The position numbers were made by a program, and so were the translations under genes. From Nitrospirota bacterium (lineage in GTDB: Bacteria; Nitrospirota; UBA9217): DNA of 64,000 nt. The stretch spans positions 2,080,001-2,144,000 of the forward strand of contig CAVTRN010000002.1 of NCBI GenBank assembly GCA_963737155.1, written 5' to 3'. A model generated the notes under the pieces. It did no database searches. It had not been told where the DNA came from and saw nothing but the letters and a program-made list of their open reading frames with translations. Numbering within the stretch: position 1 is the first letter of the stretch; the number at the start of each line of letters is the position of its first letter. Positions 10,227-19,803 of this stretch are shown here, piece by piece.

Positions 10227-10243
10227 ATGCTCCCTCTTTGAAT

Positions 10244-10283
10244 ATCACTGTTATTAAATTAACACAAATAACACTGATGTCAA
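10244..10283 (-). promoter_or_regulatory. Palindromic operator overlapping a TTGACA promoter (NikR-like 7-13-7 spacing)
   Basis: ATCA-c-TGTTATT-N11-AATAACA-c-TGAT inverted repeat (minus strand GTGTTAT-N13-ATAACAG), directly downstream of TTGACA at 10283-10278. Confidence 0.5.
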
Positions 10284-10463
10284 GCACCTCATAATTAATA
10301 TCTTACAATAGTTGCCGTGGGAATTGCTGAGATTAACGAACATTTTTGATGCGTCCGACCAGGTTTTTCATCACTGCGCACCATCAGGTGTCCTTTCGCC
10401 TAGCTCTTTGTCGGCCAAGCTCAAATGAAAGGGGATCTGGGATGACCTAGGCGAGAAAGGAGC

Positions 10464-10580
10464 ATGAGTACGAGCTACTATTTTAACAAAACGTTGCAGA
10501 AGAATTTCAACGACGAGGTGAAAGGAATTGTTAATGAACGGAGGAAGGGAGGTTTTGGCGTGATGACGGAGATCGACAGA
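10464..10580 (+). pseudogene. Truncated DUF302-family gene
   Basis: AAAGGAG RBS, then SYYFNKTL..F......GFGVMTEID matching the DUF302 N-terminus; the similarity stops after ~38 codons. Confidence 0.6.
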
Positions 10581-11241
10581 GTGCGGCTGTTCGCAGATTT
10601 GTTGACCGCAGCCGTTGTCTGCTCCGACACTCGGAGTTGCATGGGTACAAATGGGCGTGTTAGTTGCGCTGCCGCCTTCTGGACTGCCAGATTATGTTCA
10701 GTGCTGGGTTTTACCTCAGTGTGTTTTTATAAAAATCACCTTTAAAGCAGAAAATAGTTGACTTATTCGTTTAAATATATATGACAATCGAGAAGTCATC
10801 CTTTTATTGCGGGGAGGCGATACATACACGTGGACTATTTCATGACAGAAGCAATTTTAATAAATGTCAATTAACCGTGTTTCTTCGTTAGATCGGGATT
10901 CCACTCACTAGACTGGCTTTCCACGGTTGTCCGTATCCACACGTAAAAACCGTTGGGAATAACTTTGCTGCTCAATACCGTCAGCAGCCTTTTAAATCTG
11001 ACTACGTAAAGTCATGGTTTCGTCAATTTTAAATAGTGGTTCCGGAGGGCGCGCATATCGACAACAAACAAACGCCTTGTCGAATATAACAACAGTTGCT
11101 AAAATCGCAAGTAGCATTAACGGACAGACCATCGCGCCATCTAACCTCAAACGTTTCTAAAAAAATACTATATTTCTTGCTTTGCAAACCTTTCAAGCCT
11201 CAAGAAAATCGTGGCAGGGCGCACGTTTCCTCTGTCGGTCG

Positions 11242-13602
11242 TCAAAATAATTTGCTAATCCCCGCTAACCACCCAATCCGCGGCCCGTATTGAGGCGCAA
11301 ATACGCCGATTCCGGTTCCATCCCTGATTATGTTGATCTTGTTAAAAACGTTTATAACGCTCAAGCGCGCCTCCATGGGGCCGAAACTCCCCAATACAAA
11401 CTGACGCATCGCCCCGAGATTTACCTGAAAGTTGCTTGGCAGGACTACCTCATTCGCGAATCCACTCCGTAAGCCGCTTCCATAGGTGGCATCGGAACTG
11501 AGTAGAGTGCCCAACCAGTGGTAAGAAACACCAGCGGAAGCAGTATAATTCTGGTCGTGGTCCAAATGCACCCAGTTGTTAGCTATATAGTCCAACAATT
11601 CCTGACTAAAGTTAAACTGTGCAGACACAACATCTTTGGCCATAGTGACGGTGTGGGTAAGATTGACGTAAGTGGCAAAATTGCCGGGATGGTAGTTGCC
11701 GGTCAGCTCTACACCGTAGATTTTCCCCTGTGAATAATTGAAGGGGGTAAATATCAGGGCCTGGCCGAATTGGCCCTCATCGAACATATCCCTGACTATC
11801 TTGTAGTAGCCATCAATGCCGACGTTCAGGGAAGAGGTTATTCTCTGGGTTGCCCCGGCATCTAAATAATGGGACCGTTCCGGCAAAATTGGTGAATTCA
11901 TACCCGGCTGCGCATTTGACGTGTTAGCGAACAGGTCAAGTGTTTTTGTCGTTACCAGCTCAGTCGGCGGTGGTGTGAAGTACCGAGAATAGGCGGCGTG
12001 AAACGTGGTCTCCGTTGTCGCCTTGTATACCAGGCCCAAACGGGGACTCAGTTGACTGGCTTTAACAAAAGCGTCCATCTGGTCATATCGGAGGCCGTAA
12101 TTCACCGTCAATTTTTCTACCGGCTTCCATTCGTCCTGCAGATACAATGACAGAATGGTGTTGCCATTTTTCGGGTTGTTGTCCGTGATCGTATAGGGCG
12201 CGCCGGTAACGTTTCCATTGGCATCCACCGGGAAAACCGTTGACTTATTGTCGCTTATGATATCTTCGTTATTTGCAAAAAAACCCATCCGGACCGTGTT
12301 GGCATCGTTCAGATAGTAACTTCCGTCACCCTGTAAACCGATACTGAGACTGCTGCGAAATACATCAGATGCAACTCCCTCAAAAACAAGGTCACCGATG
12401 ATGTCAGGCGTATAATGGACGCTCGAGTAATGAGTGAAAAGGGATAATTGGTAATCGAAGTTTGTATCGATGGAGCTTTGTAGAGCAACAATTCCATAAC
12501 GATTGGTTTCATACTGATTCTCGTTCAATGAGGCAGAATTGATGCCGGTGAGTCCTACTCCGGCCAGGTAGTCCGGATTGGGAGTTCGTCCCGGAATATT
12601 TGGAATTTGAAACCGACCATCGTAACTGCCGAACATCAGACTTAACCGAGTTGAGGGATCGATGAGGTACGATAAATACGCGAAGCCCTTTCCTTGATCC
12701 GTATGGTCATGGATCGCGCTGGGGCTGGAGGTGGGGTTTTCGATGCCCAAGTTGTCCTCCAGGTAGGAACCGGTCACATAGTAAGTCATATTCCCTTTAG
12801 AACCACCTAACTCGAAGCTCGGTTCCAAGGTGTTGTTGCTTCCTCCGAATAGATTGATGCGACCCCCCGTCTCATAGTTAGTCTTGGTTTCAATTTCGAA
12901 CACTCCCGCTGTCCGGAGACCGTATTGGGCTGGCAGAGCGCCGGTCAAGAGATCGATCTGCTTGGCAAAGCGGGTGTCCAGTTCCTGACCGAATCCCGTG
13001 ACCCCCTCAGGCAGGATAACACCGTTAATGCGGTACTGAATATTATTTTCGTCACCCCGCACATGCAAATGGCCGAACGAGTCATTGACCACGCCGGGTG
13101 CCTGGAGTGCTACCTTGTTGAATTGTGTATTATCCCCCCCAGCTAAGATTTCAATATCATTCTGGTCCCAACGGTACTCGCTGCCGCCCGTCTTTGGTGA
13201 TAAGCTGTTTCTAGCCTGGTTCAAGCGCTCCGACTCAACCGACACCTCAAGTGCTTTCTTGGCGGCCATGGTTAACGTCGTACTGGCGATCGTTCCGGCT
13301 TCAACCATCACCTTGCTGGTGCTTCCTTGAAAGCCCGTTTTTTCAGCCACGACTGCATAGATGCCTGGCGTTACATTCGAAAACATGAAATGGCCGTCGG
13401 CATCACTCAGACTTTTGCCCATAATAACACTATCGGGTGATTTCAGTATCAGACTTGCCCCCGATAGTGGTCTTCCCAAGGCATCATTGATCGTACCCTG
13501 GATTTCATCAGTAGAACCAGGGGCAGCATATACGACGGCCGATATTATGATAGAAAGAGCAAGTACCAATGTAGAGAACGTTAAAACCTTAAGTGTTCGC
13601 AT
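11242..13602 (-). CDS. TonB-dependent receptor with N-terminal carboxypeptidase-regulatory-like domain
   Basis: Signal peptide; GTIND..GRPLSGA..L domain; plug QAPGV..HVRG..QYRINGV; LYLQDEW, NYGLRYD, SPRLG, NVFNK; terminal Phe. Confidence 0.92.
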   Translation of the reverse strand: MRTLKVLTFSTLVLALSIIISAVVYAAPGSTDEIQGTINDALGRPLSGASLILKSPDSVIMGKSLSDADGHFMFSNVTPGIYAVVAEKTGFQGSTSKVMVEAGTIASTTLTMAAKKALEVSVESERLNQARNSLSPKTGGSEYRWDQNDIEILAGGDNTQFNKVALQAPGVVNDSFGHLHVRGDENNIQYRINGVILPEGVTGFGQELDTRFAKQIDLLTGALPAQYGLRTAGVFEIETKTNYETGGRINLFGGSNNTLEPSFELGGSKGNMTYYVTGSYLEDNLGIENPTSSPSAIHDHTDQGKGFAYLSYLIDPSTRLSLMFGSYDGRFQIPNIPGRTPNPDYLAGVGLTGINSASLNENQYETNRYGIVALQSSIDTNFDYQLSLFTHYSSVHYTPDIIGDLVFEGVASDVFRSSLSIGLQGDGSYYLNDANTVRMGFFANNEDIISDNKSTVFPVDANGNVTGAPYTITDNNPKNGNTILSLYLQDEWKPVEKLTVNYGLRYDQMDAFVKASQLSPRLGLVYKATTETTFHAAYSRYFTPPPTELVTTKTLDLFANTSNAQPGMNSPILPERSHYLDAGATQRITSSLNVGIDGYYKIVRDMFDEGQFGQALIFTPFNYSQGKIYGVELTGNYHPGNFATYVNLTHTVTMAKDVVSAQFNFSQELLDYIANNWVHLDHDQNYTASAGVSYHWLGTLLSSDATYGSGLRSGFANEVVLPSNFQVNLGAMRQFVLGSFGPMEARLSVINVFNKINIIRDGTGIGVFAPQYGPRIGWLAGISKLF

Positions 13603-14068
13603 TGCGCTATCCTTAGATTCTTAATGAAGGTGAACAGCTTTTAGAATTTCATTACGCGGGCTGATAAATAGTTGTTCGGCGCGAACTCTCCCCGCTTTTA
13701 TCTACAGGTACTTCGTGGATAAGTTTTTATTAACACAAATGAATGGATTGATTTCTTTATTGAAAGCTCGGCGTGATTTCCTCGAAATCCGTAAACTATT
13801 GCGGAAAATTAAGAAGGCAACTTTCCTTCAATATCAATGTAATATCCTTTTTACAAGGCTTTCTAAAACATCCTGCCCGCCCTTGTTCTTTTTGGGTCCT
13901 AGAATTTTTAATACCCTTCCGCTCTGCTGCGGGGCAATTCACTAACAGGATTTTTTAACTCGTTTTTCGTGCTTTAGAGCTTTTTGTTCATGCATTTGTT
14001 CCTATGTCAAGGATTTTTACTCATATATCTCATGCTAGCGTGCTGCTTCGCTAATGATTCGGAATATG

Positions 14069-15217
14069 TCATTTTGCCTGCACCACGAATGGGCACTCTG
14101 GATCGGATGCGTAGAAATTTCCGGCGACGAACCCGGCAACGGCACGGCAGCCGCCCTTGCATATACCAAAATAATCACATGAACGACAGGGCTCAGTGGC
14201 ACGATTGGTCCAGGTGCGCAAGAGTGACAGATGTTCTGAACTGCTCCACAGCCGTGGTAGCTCAAAAATACTTTCCTCACTCTTTAAGAAGGAGCAACCA
14301 GCGAATCTGCCATCGGAACGAACCCCCACGAGGACGTTACCAGCCTCACAGCCGTAAACAGAGAACTGCTCCATTATTGTCTTGTCCGGCCGGTGCCAAC
14401 AGAACATCGGGACAAATGAACAGTCAATTTTCGCCGGGATCCCGGATTCCTGAGAAAGACGTCGGATCATCGGATAGAATTCCCGGTTCTGAGTCGGCGT
14501 TAATCGTCTTTCAAAATAGTCGTGTATCCCCCTTCCCGAAGGTTTGAGGCGCAGCAGTTCCACATCAGCAAGCCTGCGTTCCCTGGCAAAGGTGAACAAC
14601 TCGTTCAGTTGATTGAAGCTCTGCCGGGTAACAACGCAGTTCAAACCAACATTGACACCCTCCTCCATAAGCATATCCACGCACTGTATTGCAGCTGTAA
14701 GAGCAACGGGGCTCCGACCAGATTCCTCGAAACCGGCAGTGCTATCTATGCTGACGTTTACCTGACCAAAAATACAGCATTTTGCGGCGTTTTCTCTGGT
14801 CATTAGGACGCCGTTCGTCGTCAGGTTGGGAACTATGCCGCGAGCCCGTACATAGGAGGCTAATTCAAATAAATCAGGGCGCTCCAGCGCCTCTCCGCCA
14901 CCTAAAGCCATATGGAACACACCCATCCCTGCCAGCATGTCGACAGCTTTGCGAAACTCTTCAGCCGACAGTTCGCCCGCGTCCTTTTTTCCAGAATCCA
15001 TATAGCAGTGTCCGCAATGGAGGGAACAAGCGTTGGTCACGGAAAAATGAACCTCCAGCGGAGCAGTGAGATATTGGGTCTCCGGTTTGTCCCATATCGG
15101 GCTGGACTCGTAGCCTAAACTGCGCATGAATTCCCGGTCCACATGCACCAGCATCGGCGGATTTTCCAGACCCAGAATTCCTCCGAATGACTCAAACCGA
15201 TGTTTCATAATGTTCAT
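14069..15217 (-). CDS. Radical SAM/SPASM domain protein (putative peptide/protein maturase)
   Basis: CSLHCGHC (CxxxCxxC), GGGEAL, TTNG; SPASM CEAG..DG...GC, CRSCDYFGICKGGC, DPECP; GGAGGAG RBS 14 bp after the small ORF. Confidence 0.92.
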   Translation of the reverse strand: MNIMKHRFESFGGILGLENPPMLVHVDREFMRSLGYESSPIWDKPETQYLTAPLEVHFSVTNACSLHCGHCYMDSGKKDAGELSAEEFRKAVDMLAGMGVFHMALGGGEALERPDLFELASYVRARGIVPNLTTNGVLMTRENAAKCCIFGQVNVSIDSTAGFEESGRSPVALTAAIQCVDMLMEEGVNVGLNCVVTRQSFNQLNELFTFARERRLADVELLRLKPSGRGIHDYFERRLTPTQNREFYPMIRRLSQESGIPAKIDCSFVPMFCWHRPDKTIMEQFSVYGCEAGNVLVGVRSDGRFAGCSFLKSEESIFELPRLWSSSEHLSLLRTWTNRATEPCRSCDYFGICKGGCRAVAGFVAGNFYASDPECPFVVQAK

Positions 15218-15231
15218 CCCTTCTCCTCCAT

Positions 15232-15426
15232 CTAACTGACGAGCGATTCATCCGGTTTTTCCGCTTGCACCTGATCATGAATATTTGCCGCACTGAGAAT
15301 GGCAGCAAGAGTATTAAAAAGGACCGTCATAGCGGCCCCAGCGGTGAAGAAGACTATTACATCCATGCCGATACTGCTGGAATTCGGATTATAGCCTGTC
15401 TTGATCTTCAGAATTTTTCCTTTCAT
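15232..15426 (-). CDS. Small membrane-anchored protein with N-terminal GYNPNSSS motif; putative rSAM substrate
   Basis: AGGAAGG RBS; 64 aa; basic N-terminus KIKTGYNPNSSSIG, ~25-aa hydrophobic helix, acidic tail; directly upstream of the rSAM gene. Confidence 0.8.
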   Translation of the reverse strand: MKGKILKIKTGYNPNSSSIGMDVIVFFTAGAAMTVLFNTLAAILSAANIHDQVQAEKPDESLVS

Positions 15427-15507
15427 TTGTCTACCTTCCTTTAAGATTTTCAGTTTGTTTCCAACATCTTTGTAGCTCTTTTCTCCTACTCATAGTCCAC
15501 TGGTCTG

Positions 15508-16635
15508 TTAAAGATGAAACAAACCTTCCGCCCAGTCGCTGTACGTATCTGCAAATACGTCCATTATTTGGGGACCATTCGGCTGATGGATAATAATGAG
15601 ATAGAATATCGCTGTAGTCATCAGCAGGGTGAGGACGGGACTGAGCCAGCGCAATGCCCTCTTCCGGGTCTGCCAGATCTTTCCCCTAGTCAGAAGGATC
15701 AGCCAAAGAAGGACTGTCAGGTTGAGGCATGCTGCTATGTAGATCACCGTGCCAGAGATTTTGATTGGATCGCCCGCGTTCTCTAAATTATAGAATGTCG
15801 GCATTTTGATTGCGATCAGCAGCGCCCACAGGAAAGCGAATATAAGGTAATTTATGATTGAGTTTCGGGTAAGCTGTTGCCAGGGCTTCATTAGAAGAAC
15901 CGCAACCCACAGCACAATCACAACCCCCCACGCAATCCATCCCCAAGCCGATGTCTCTTCCCAGTAGCGACCGGCTATATTGTAGGCCACCGTGTCATTC
16001 GTAGAGAGTTTCTTTTCGTCATCCCCGGCAAGAGTCTTAAAAGCGAGATAGCTTTGCCTTCGCTTGTCCATGCGGGCATAGGCATATCCCAATTCACTCT
16101 GTATTTTGTCCCTTAAAAGAAAATCGGGGTGTTTTTTTAGCAACGCCTCGAACTTTTTTACCATGGTTTCATCGCTCTGATTGCTGAAGCGAATATCTTG
16201 ATATATCTTGAAAGCCTCCTCCTGTTGCATCAGTTTTTCGAGAGAAGCTATCTTATCGCGGTAAAATGAGGCCTGCCGAAAGTCGGCGTATTTATCCAGG
16301 TATTCGCGGTCCCATGTAATAGCCTTTTTAATATCTACAATGTTGTTTTCATACAAGGTTCCCAACATCTGTACTGCATATCGGCGTGCTTGGCTCTCAG
16401 GATGTTTCTCGGCAATTTCCAGGTCAATAGCCGCGGCGTCGGAATAGCGACTATTGAGAAATGCATCTTGTGCCTTCTGTTTCAATTCGTTTGTTGCCGG
16501 GCCGTCTTGAGCTGTATATCCGTTAATAGGGATCAAAAACACGGAGCCAGAAAGCAAAACAATAAGCAATAGAATAAGCTTAATCCACTGAAGCATTGCA
16601 AGTTTGAGCGATGATATAATTGTTAGGTTTGACAT
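15508..16635 (-). CDS. TPR-like periplasmic domain protein with C-terminal four-helix membrane domain
   Basis: N-terminal signal/TM helix, helical repeats (AEKHPES..A..MLG.LY; LLKKHPD..LGYAY), four C-terminal hydrophobic segments. Confidence 0.75.
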   Translation of the reverse strand: MSNLTIISSLKLAMLQWIKLILLLIVLLSGSVFLIPINGYTAQDGPATNELKQKAQDAFLNSRYSDAAAIDLEIAEKHPESQARRYAVQMLGTLYENNIVDIKKAITWDREYLDKYADFRQASFYRDKIASLEKLMQQEEAFKIYQDIRFSNQSDETMVKKFEALLKKHPDFLLRDKIQSELGYAYARMDKRRQSYLAFKTLAGDDEKKLSTNDTVAYNIAGRYWEETSAWGWIAWGVVIVLWVAVLLMKPWQQLTRNSIINYLIFAFLWALLIAIKMPTFYNLENAGDPIKISGTVIYIAACLNLTVLLWLILLTRGKIWQTRKRALRWLSPVLTLLMTTAIFYLIIIHQPNGPQIMDVFADTYSDWAEGLFHL

Positions 16636-17272
16636 TTATCAGCCTCTACCTTCGCGAATTCTGAAATACTACTTTTTCATGCAGAAATATTACAAAGAAT
16701 ATTTTTTTACTGCGAAGTAACAATAAGTTTTATTTGAGAAAGGGTTGTTGTTCGTTCTAGGTATATCGAGTTCATTTTCTATACGTGGCGCATTAAATTT
16801 AATTGCGCATATCTGCGCACTATTTCATGGCCTGATATCCATTCCCAGAATCTTGATATCATTCACCGCACAGCATCCTCAAGCATCGGGAAATTTCCGT
16901 TATGCAGGCAGGTCTTTTATCAGGGCTGTCCGGCGGCAGATAATCCAACATGAATTAAAGGTGCCTGTTAACTCATCTAATCTGCATGGAGCTTATCATG
17001 ATGTTATTTGGCATTATTTATTATTACAACGACGCGATGACCGTTTCGGGAAATTGTCCTTCTTGAGGTGTTCAAAATATGTGGAACGTCATGCGTTCAA
17101 CTTTAACTATCCTCTCTCTGAAAACTAATTTTTCGTCACGCAGACGGATAGAGCTTAAAATATCCCAGGCTCTTGCAAGTGGTATGGTTCAACAATGATT
17201 ATTTTTTTTGAAGATCATGCTGCCTTTTTTGATGTTGCGACCCTTTATGTGACGACGAGCACTCTAGCACAA

Positions 17273-17511
17273 AACTATTTCATGGAACTGTTACCGCCTC
17301 ATTTGCAGAGTACGTGATATATCTTCATAATCCCCTCACTGTAACCGTTCCTTTACAGAATTGGTCTTCGGAAACGGCGAGACGAATCCGATGTTTCAGA
17401 TTTCTGTCACTGTAACAAATGAATGTTTCAATATTATGAAAATATTGTTACATTTTTATCATACTAAATTTGGCAAATTACACACCGGTTTCTTGCGATA
17501 TCAATCAGATG
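17273..17511 (-). promoter_or_regulatory. Duplicated promoter region, copy 1 (11-bp direct repeats plus extended -10)
   Basis: Colinear with 23834-24070. Minus strand TGTAACA-atat-TTTCATA-atat-TGAAACA-9 nt-TACAGT with TG extension. Confidence 0.65.
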
Positions 17512-17910
17512 CTTCAATACGCTTTCTAAACTTCTGGCTTACGTCATATTCTGAGTAAGCGGTTGTTCTTCCATGAATTGCAGATTCACTTTTCACTGGG
17601 CATTAGCGACCATATGGAGGGTGACTCCCAATTCAACGCAAGGTGAGTACGAAGTCATGTCACCCAAAAGACGACTAATCTCGAGACAAAAAATCACCCG
17701 GCCAACTGGCAATACTCAATTTTAGTCAGTAATCATACCGATATTCTTCTGAATGATGGGTTTCACCTGTAATTCAGAAATAATGGTTGATGTCCCGATT
17801 ATATTCAATGGCTTCAAAATAAGGGAAATCGTTTTTTTATTCAATTTTTTTATAATATGGTTAATTAAATACAGATGCTTGCGCACAATAATCTCTCTTC
17901 TCATGTAATA

Positions 17911-17943
17911 AAAGAACAGGGGCCGGAAGGCCCCCGTTCTTTT
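17911..17943 (-). terminator. Intrinsic terminator (bidirectional-type) after the phosphoesterase gene
   Basis: AGAACGGGGGCC-ttcc-GGCCCCTGTTCT hairpin with T-runs on both strands. Confidence 0.75.
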
Positions 17944-17973
17944 ATTCAAATTAGACATCCTCTATTTTACTGC

Positions 17974-19656
17974 CTATTCTTGTAATACCACTGGGTTAAT
18001 ATTGATTAGTTGATTGTTTGGGTTGCTGAACTGAACCGGTATGGTGATTGAATCGCCAGAGTTCAAACCGTTGGACGTAACCCTTATCATCGGTTCGCCG
18101 TTGTTAGAACCGGTTGCATTGGCCAGCGTTACAGTCGTGATTAGACCTGTGTTCTGGGCGATAATCGAGGTAGGTACTGGTTTAGCTGTGTTATACTGGG
18201 CATTTGCGGTGCCAATTCCTTGAAGATTAACCATGCCATCCAGAACAAGGTCAATCGTGCCGGTGAGAGAGGGGCCATTATTGGTGATGGTCATGGTGCC
18301 TGTAAAAAGCTTAGTAATACGGCTGTAAAGAAGACCACTGCCGGTCACGCTGACCTGTGGCGTTACATTAGTAAAGTGATTGAGGACAATCGTCTCAATC
18401 GGTGTAATGGTCGTAGGCTGAATCGCAGTTGTGCTCACGTTATTGACTTGGTAGGTGGTCATGGTGAGGCTTTCCCCCTCAACATCGAAAGTCATGAATT
18501 CGAAAGCCGGCCAGGCTGTGATTACGTGCGGGTAGCTCCCCTTATTAGTAAAGTCTGGCTGGTAAACAGGTGCGCCGCCGCCGCCGCTGGTGATGTGCGG
18601 CACATTCAGGGCAATTTCGTCGCCGTTTGCCTGGGCAAGGTTATAGGCACCCGTACGGGCATAATTGTGGCTGTGGCCGCAATAGACCAAATCCACATTA
18701 TACTGTGTTATGAAAGGTTCGAGCGCCCTCACAGTTGTGTTATCCGCATCGCTTCCAGCGGAATACGCCGGCTCGTGATATATGAGAATCTTCCACGCCT
18801 TGGTGGTCGTGGCGAGGTCGTTGATAAGCCAGTTGTACTGAGCAGAGCCAGGAGCAAAATTCGTGTATTCATCAACTACAGTAAAGTGGACCGGACCGTA
18901 ATCGAAGGACCAGTACAAGTTGTTATATGTCGCAGGAGTACCAGCCACAAGAGTTGCGTTCGGGTAAGGAAAAGGGAAGTACTTCGGGAAGGTCGTACTG
19001 TACCCATTTGGGTAAGATCCATCGTTGTCATGATTACCTTTGCACCCATTAATGGGCGTGTTCGCCGTGAAATTAACAATGTCCGTCTTGGTCGGATCGA
19101 ACCACTGAGTCGTCCAGTAGCTTTCACCGTCGCTGCTTACCCAGTCCCCATTGTGAATGGTCAGGCGCTGGTAATCCTGGTTGCCGGGCTGTGAATAAAA
19201 GTTCTGCATAGCAGCCATAATGCTATCCAGGGCAAAAGGTTGGCTTCTTGAGTCCCCCATGCCGAGAAATCTTACTGATGTTGCATTGTTAGCAGGCGCC
19301 GTGATGAACGATCCGCTGCCATAGACGGTGCTTGTGGTTGGGTTAGTCACCTGGTAGTAATATGTCGTATTCGGAGTCAGTCCGGTGATTGTGTACGTTT
19401 GCTGACTATTTACGGTGTCGGGGCCAAAAACAGCAGCCGTTGCGGTCCCACTGCTATAAGTCGTGTCAATGCCCCAACTAATGTTGTTCGATTCTCCTGT
19501 ATCATTGTTCTGCCAGACTACCTGCATTTCCGTATTAATCCCCGGGTAAATCAGGTAAGGACTTTTCAATATTCCGGCGAAAGCCGCCGTGCTGCACACG
19601 GCAATGGCCAGCACAAGAACCAAGCAACTCAATGCTTTTTTCGTCATGATATTCAT
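17974..19656 (-). CDS. Secreted metallophosphoesterase (purple acid phosphatase-like) with FN3 domain and C-terminal beta-rich domain
   Basis: Signal peptide (AFA); ITGLTPNTTYYYQV FN3; GDSR, HNGDW, GNHD, YHEP, GHSHNY metal motifs; ~130-aa C-terminal domain (SGLLYSRITKLFTGTMTITN..VQFSNP). Confidence 0.9.
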   Translation of the reverse strand: MNIMTKKALSCLVLVLAIAVCSTAAFAGILKSPYLIYPGINTEMQVVWQNNDTGESNNISWGIDTTYSSGTATAAVFGPDTVNSQQTYTITGLTPNTTYYYQVTNPTTSTVYGSGSFITAPANNATSVRFLGMGDSRSQPFALDSIMAAMQNFYSQPGNQDYQRLTIHNGDWVSSDGESYWTTQWFDPTKTDIVNFTANTPINGCKGNHDNDGSYPNGYSTTFPKYFPFPYPNATLVAGTPATYNNLYWSFDYGPVHFTVVDEYTNFAPGSAQYNWLINDLATTTKAWKILIYHEPAYSAGSDADNTTVRALEPFITQYNVDLVYCGHSHNYARTGAYNLAQANGDEIALNVPHITSGGGGAPVYQPDFTNKGSYPHVITAWPAFEFMTFDVEGESLTMTTYQVNNVSTTAIQPTTITPIETIVLNHFTNVTPQVSVTGSGLLYSRITKLFTGTMTITNNGPSLTGTIDLVLDGMVNLQGIGTANAQYNTAKPVPTSIIAQNTGLITTVTLANATGSNNGEPMIRVTSNGLNSGDSITIPVQFSNPNNQLININPVVLQE

Positions 19657-19803
19657 CTCTTCTCCTTTTAGTCTATAAGTTTTACTGCTATAATTAATAC
19701 TTTTTACAATTGATGTTGCCTAAAAACATTTCACCCCCTTTCATGGATCATGGAACGGTCTTGCAGCAATAAATCAACTGCCGTTTTCACCGGATAAATC
19801 GCT

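Noticed and set aside
18220-19194. Long antisense ORFs (also 27472-28590, 29750-30394, 39325-40317)
   Set aside because: Shadows of well-supported genes on the opposite strand, with no motifs of their own.
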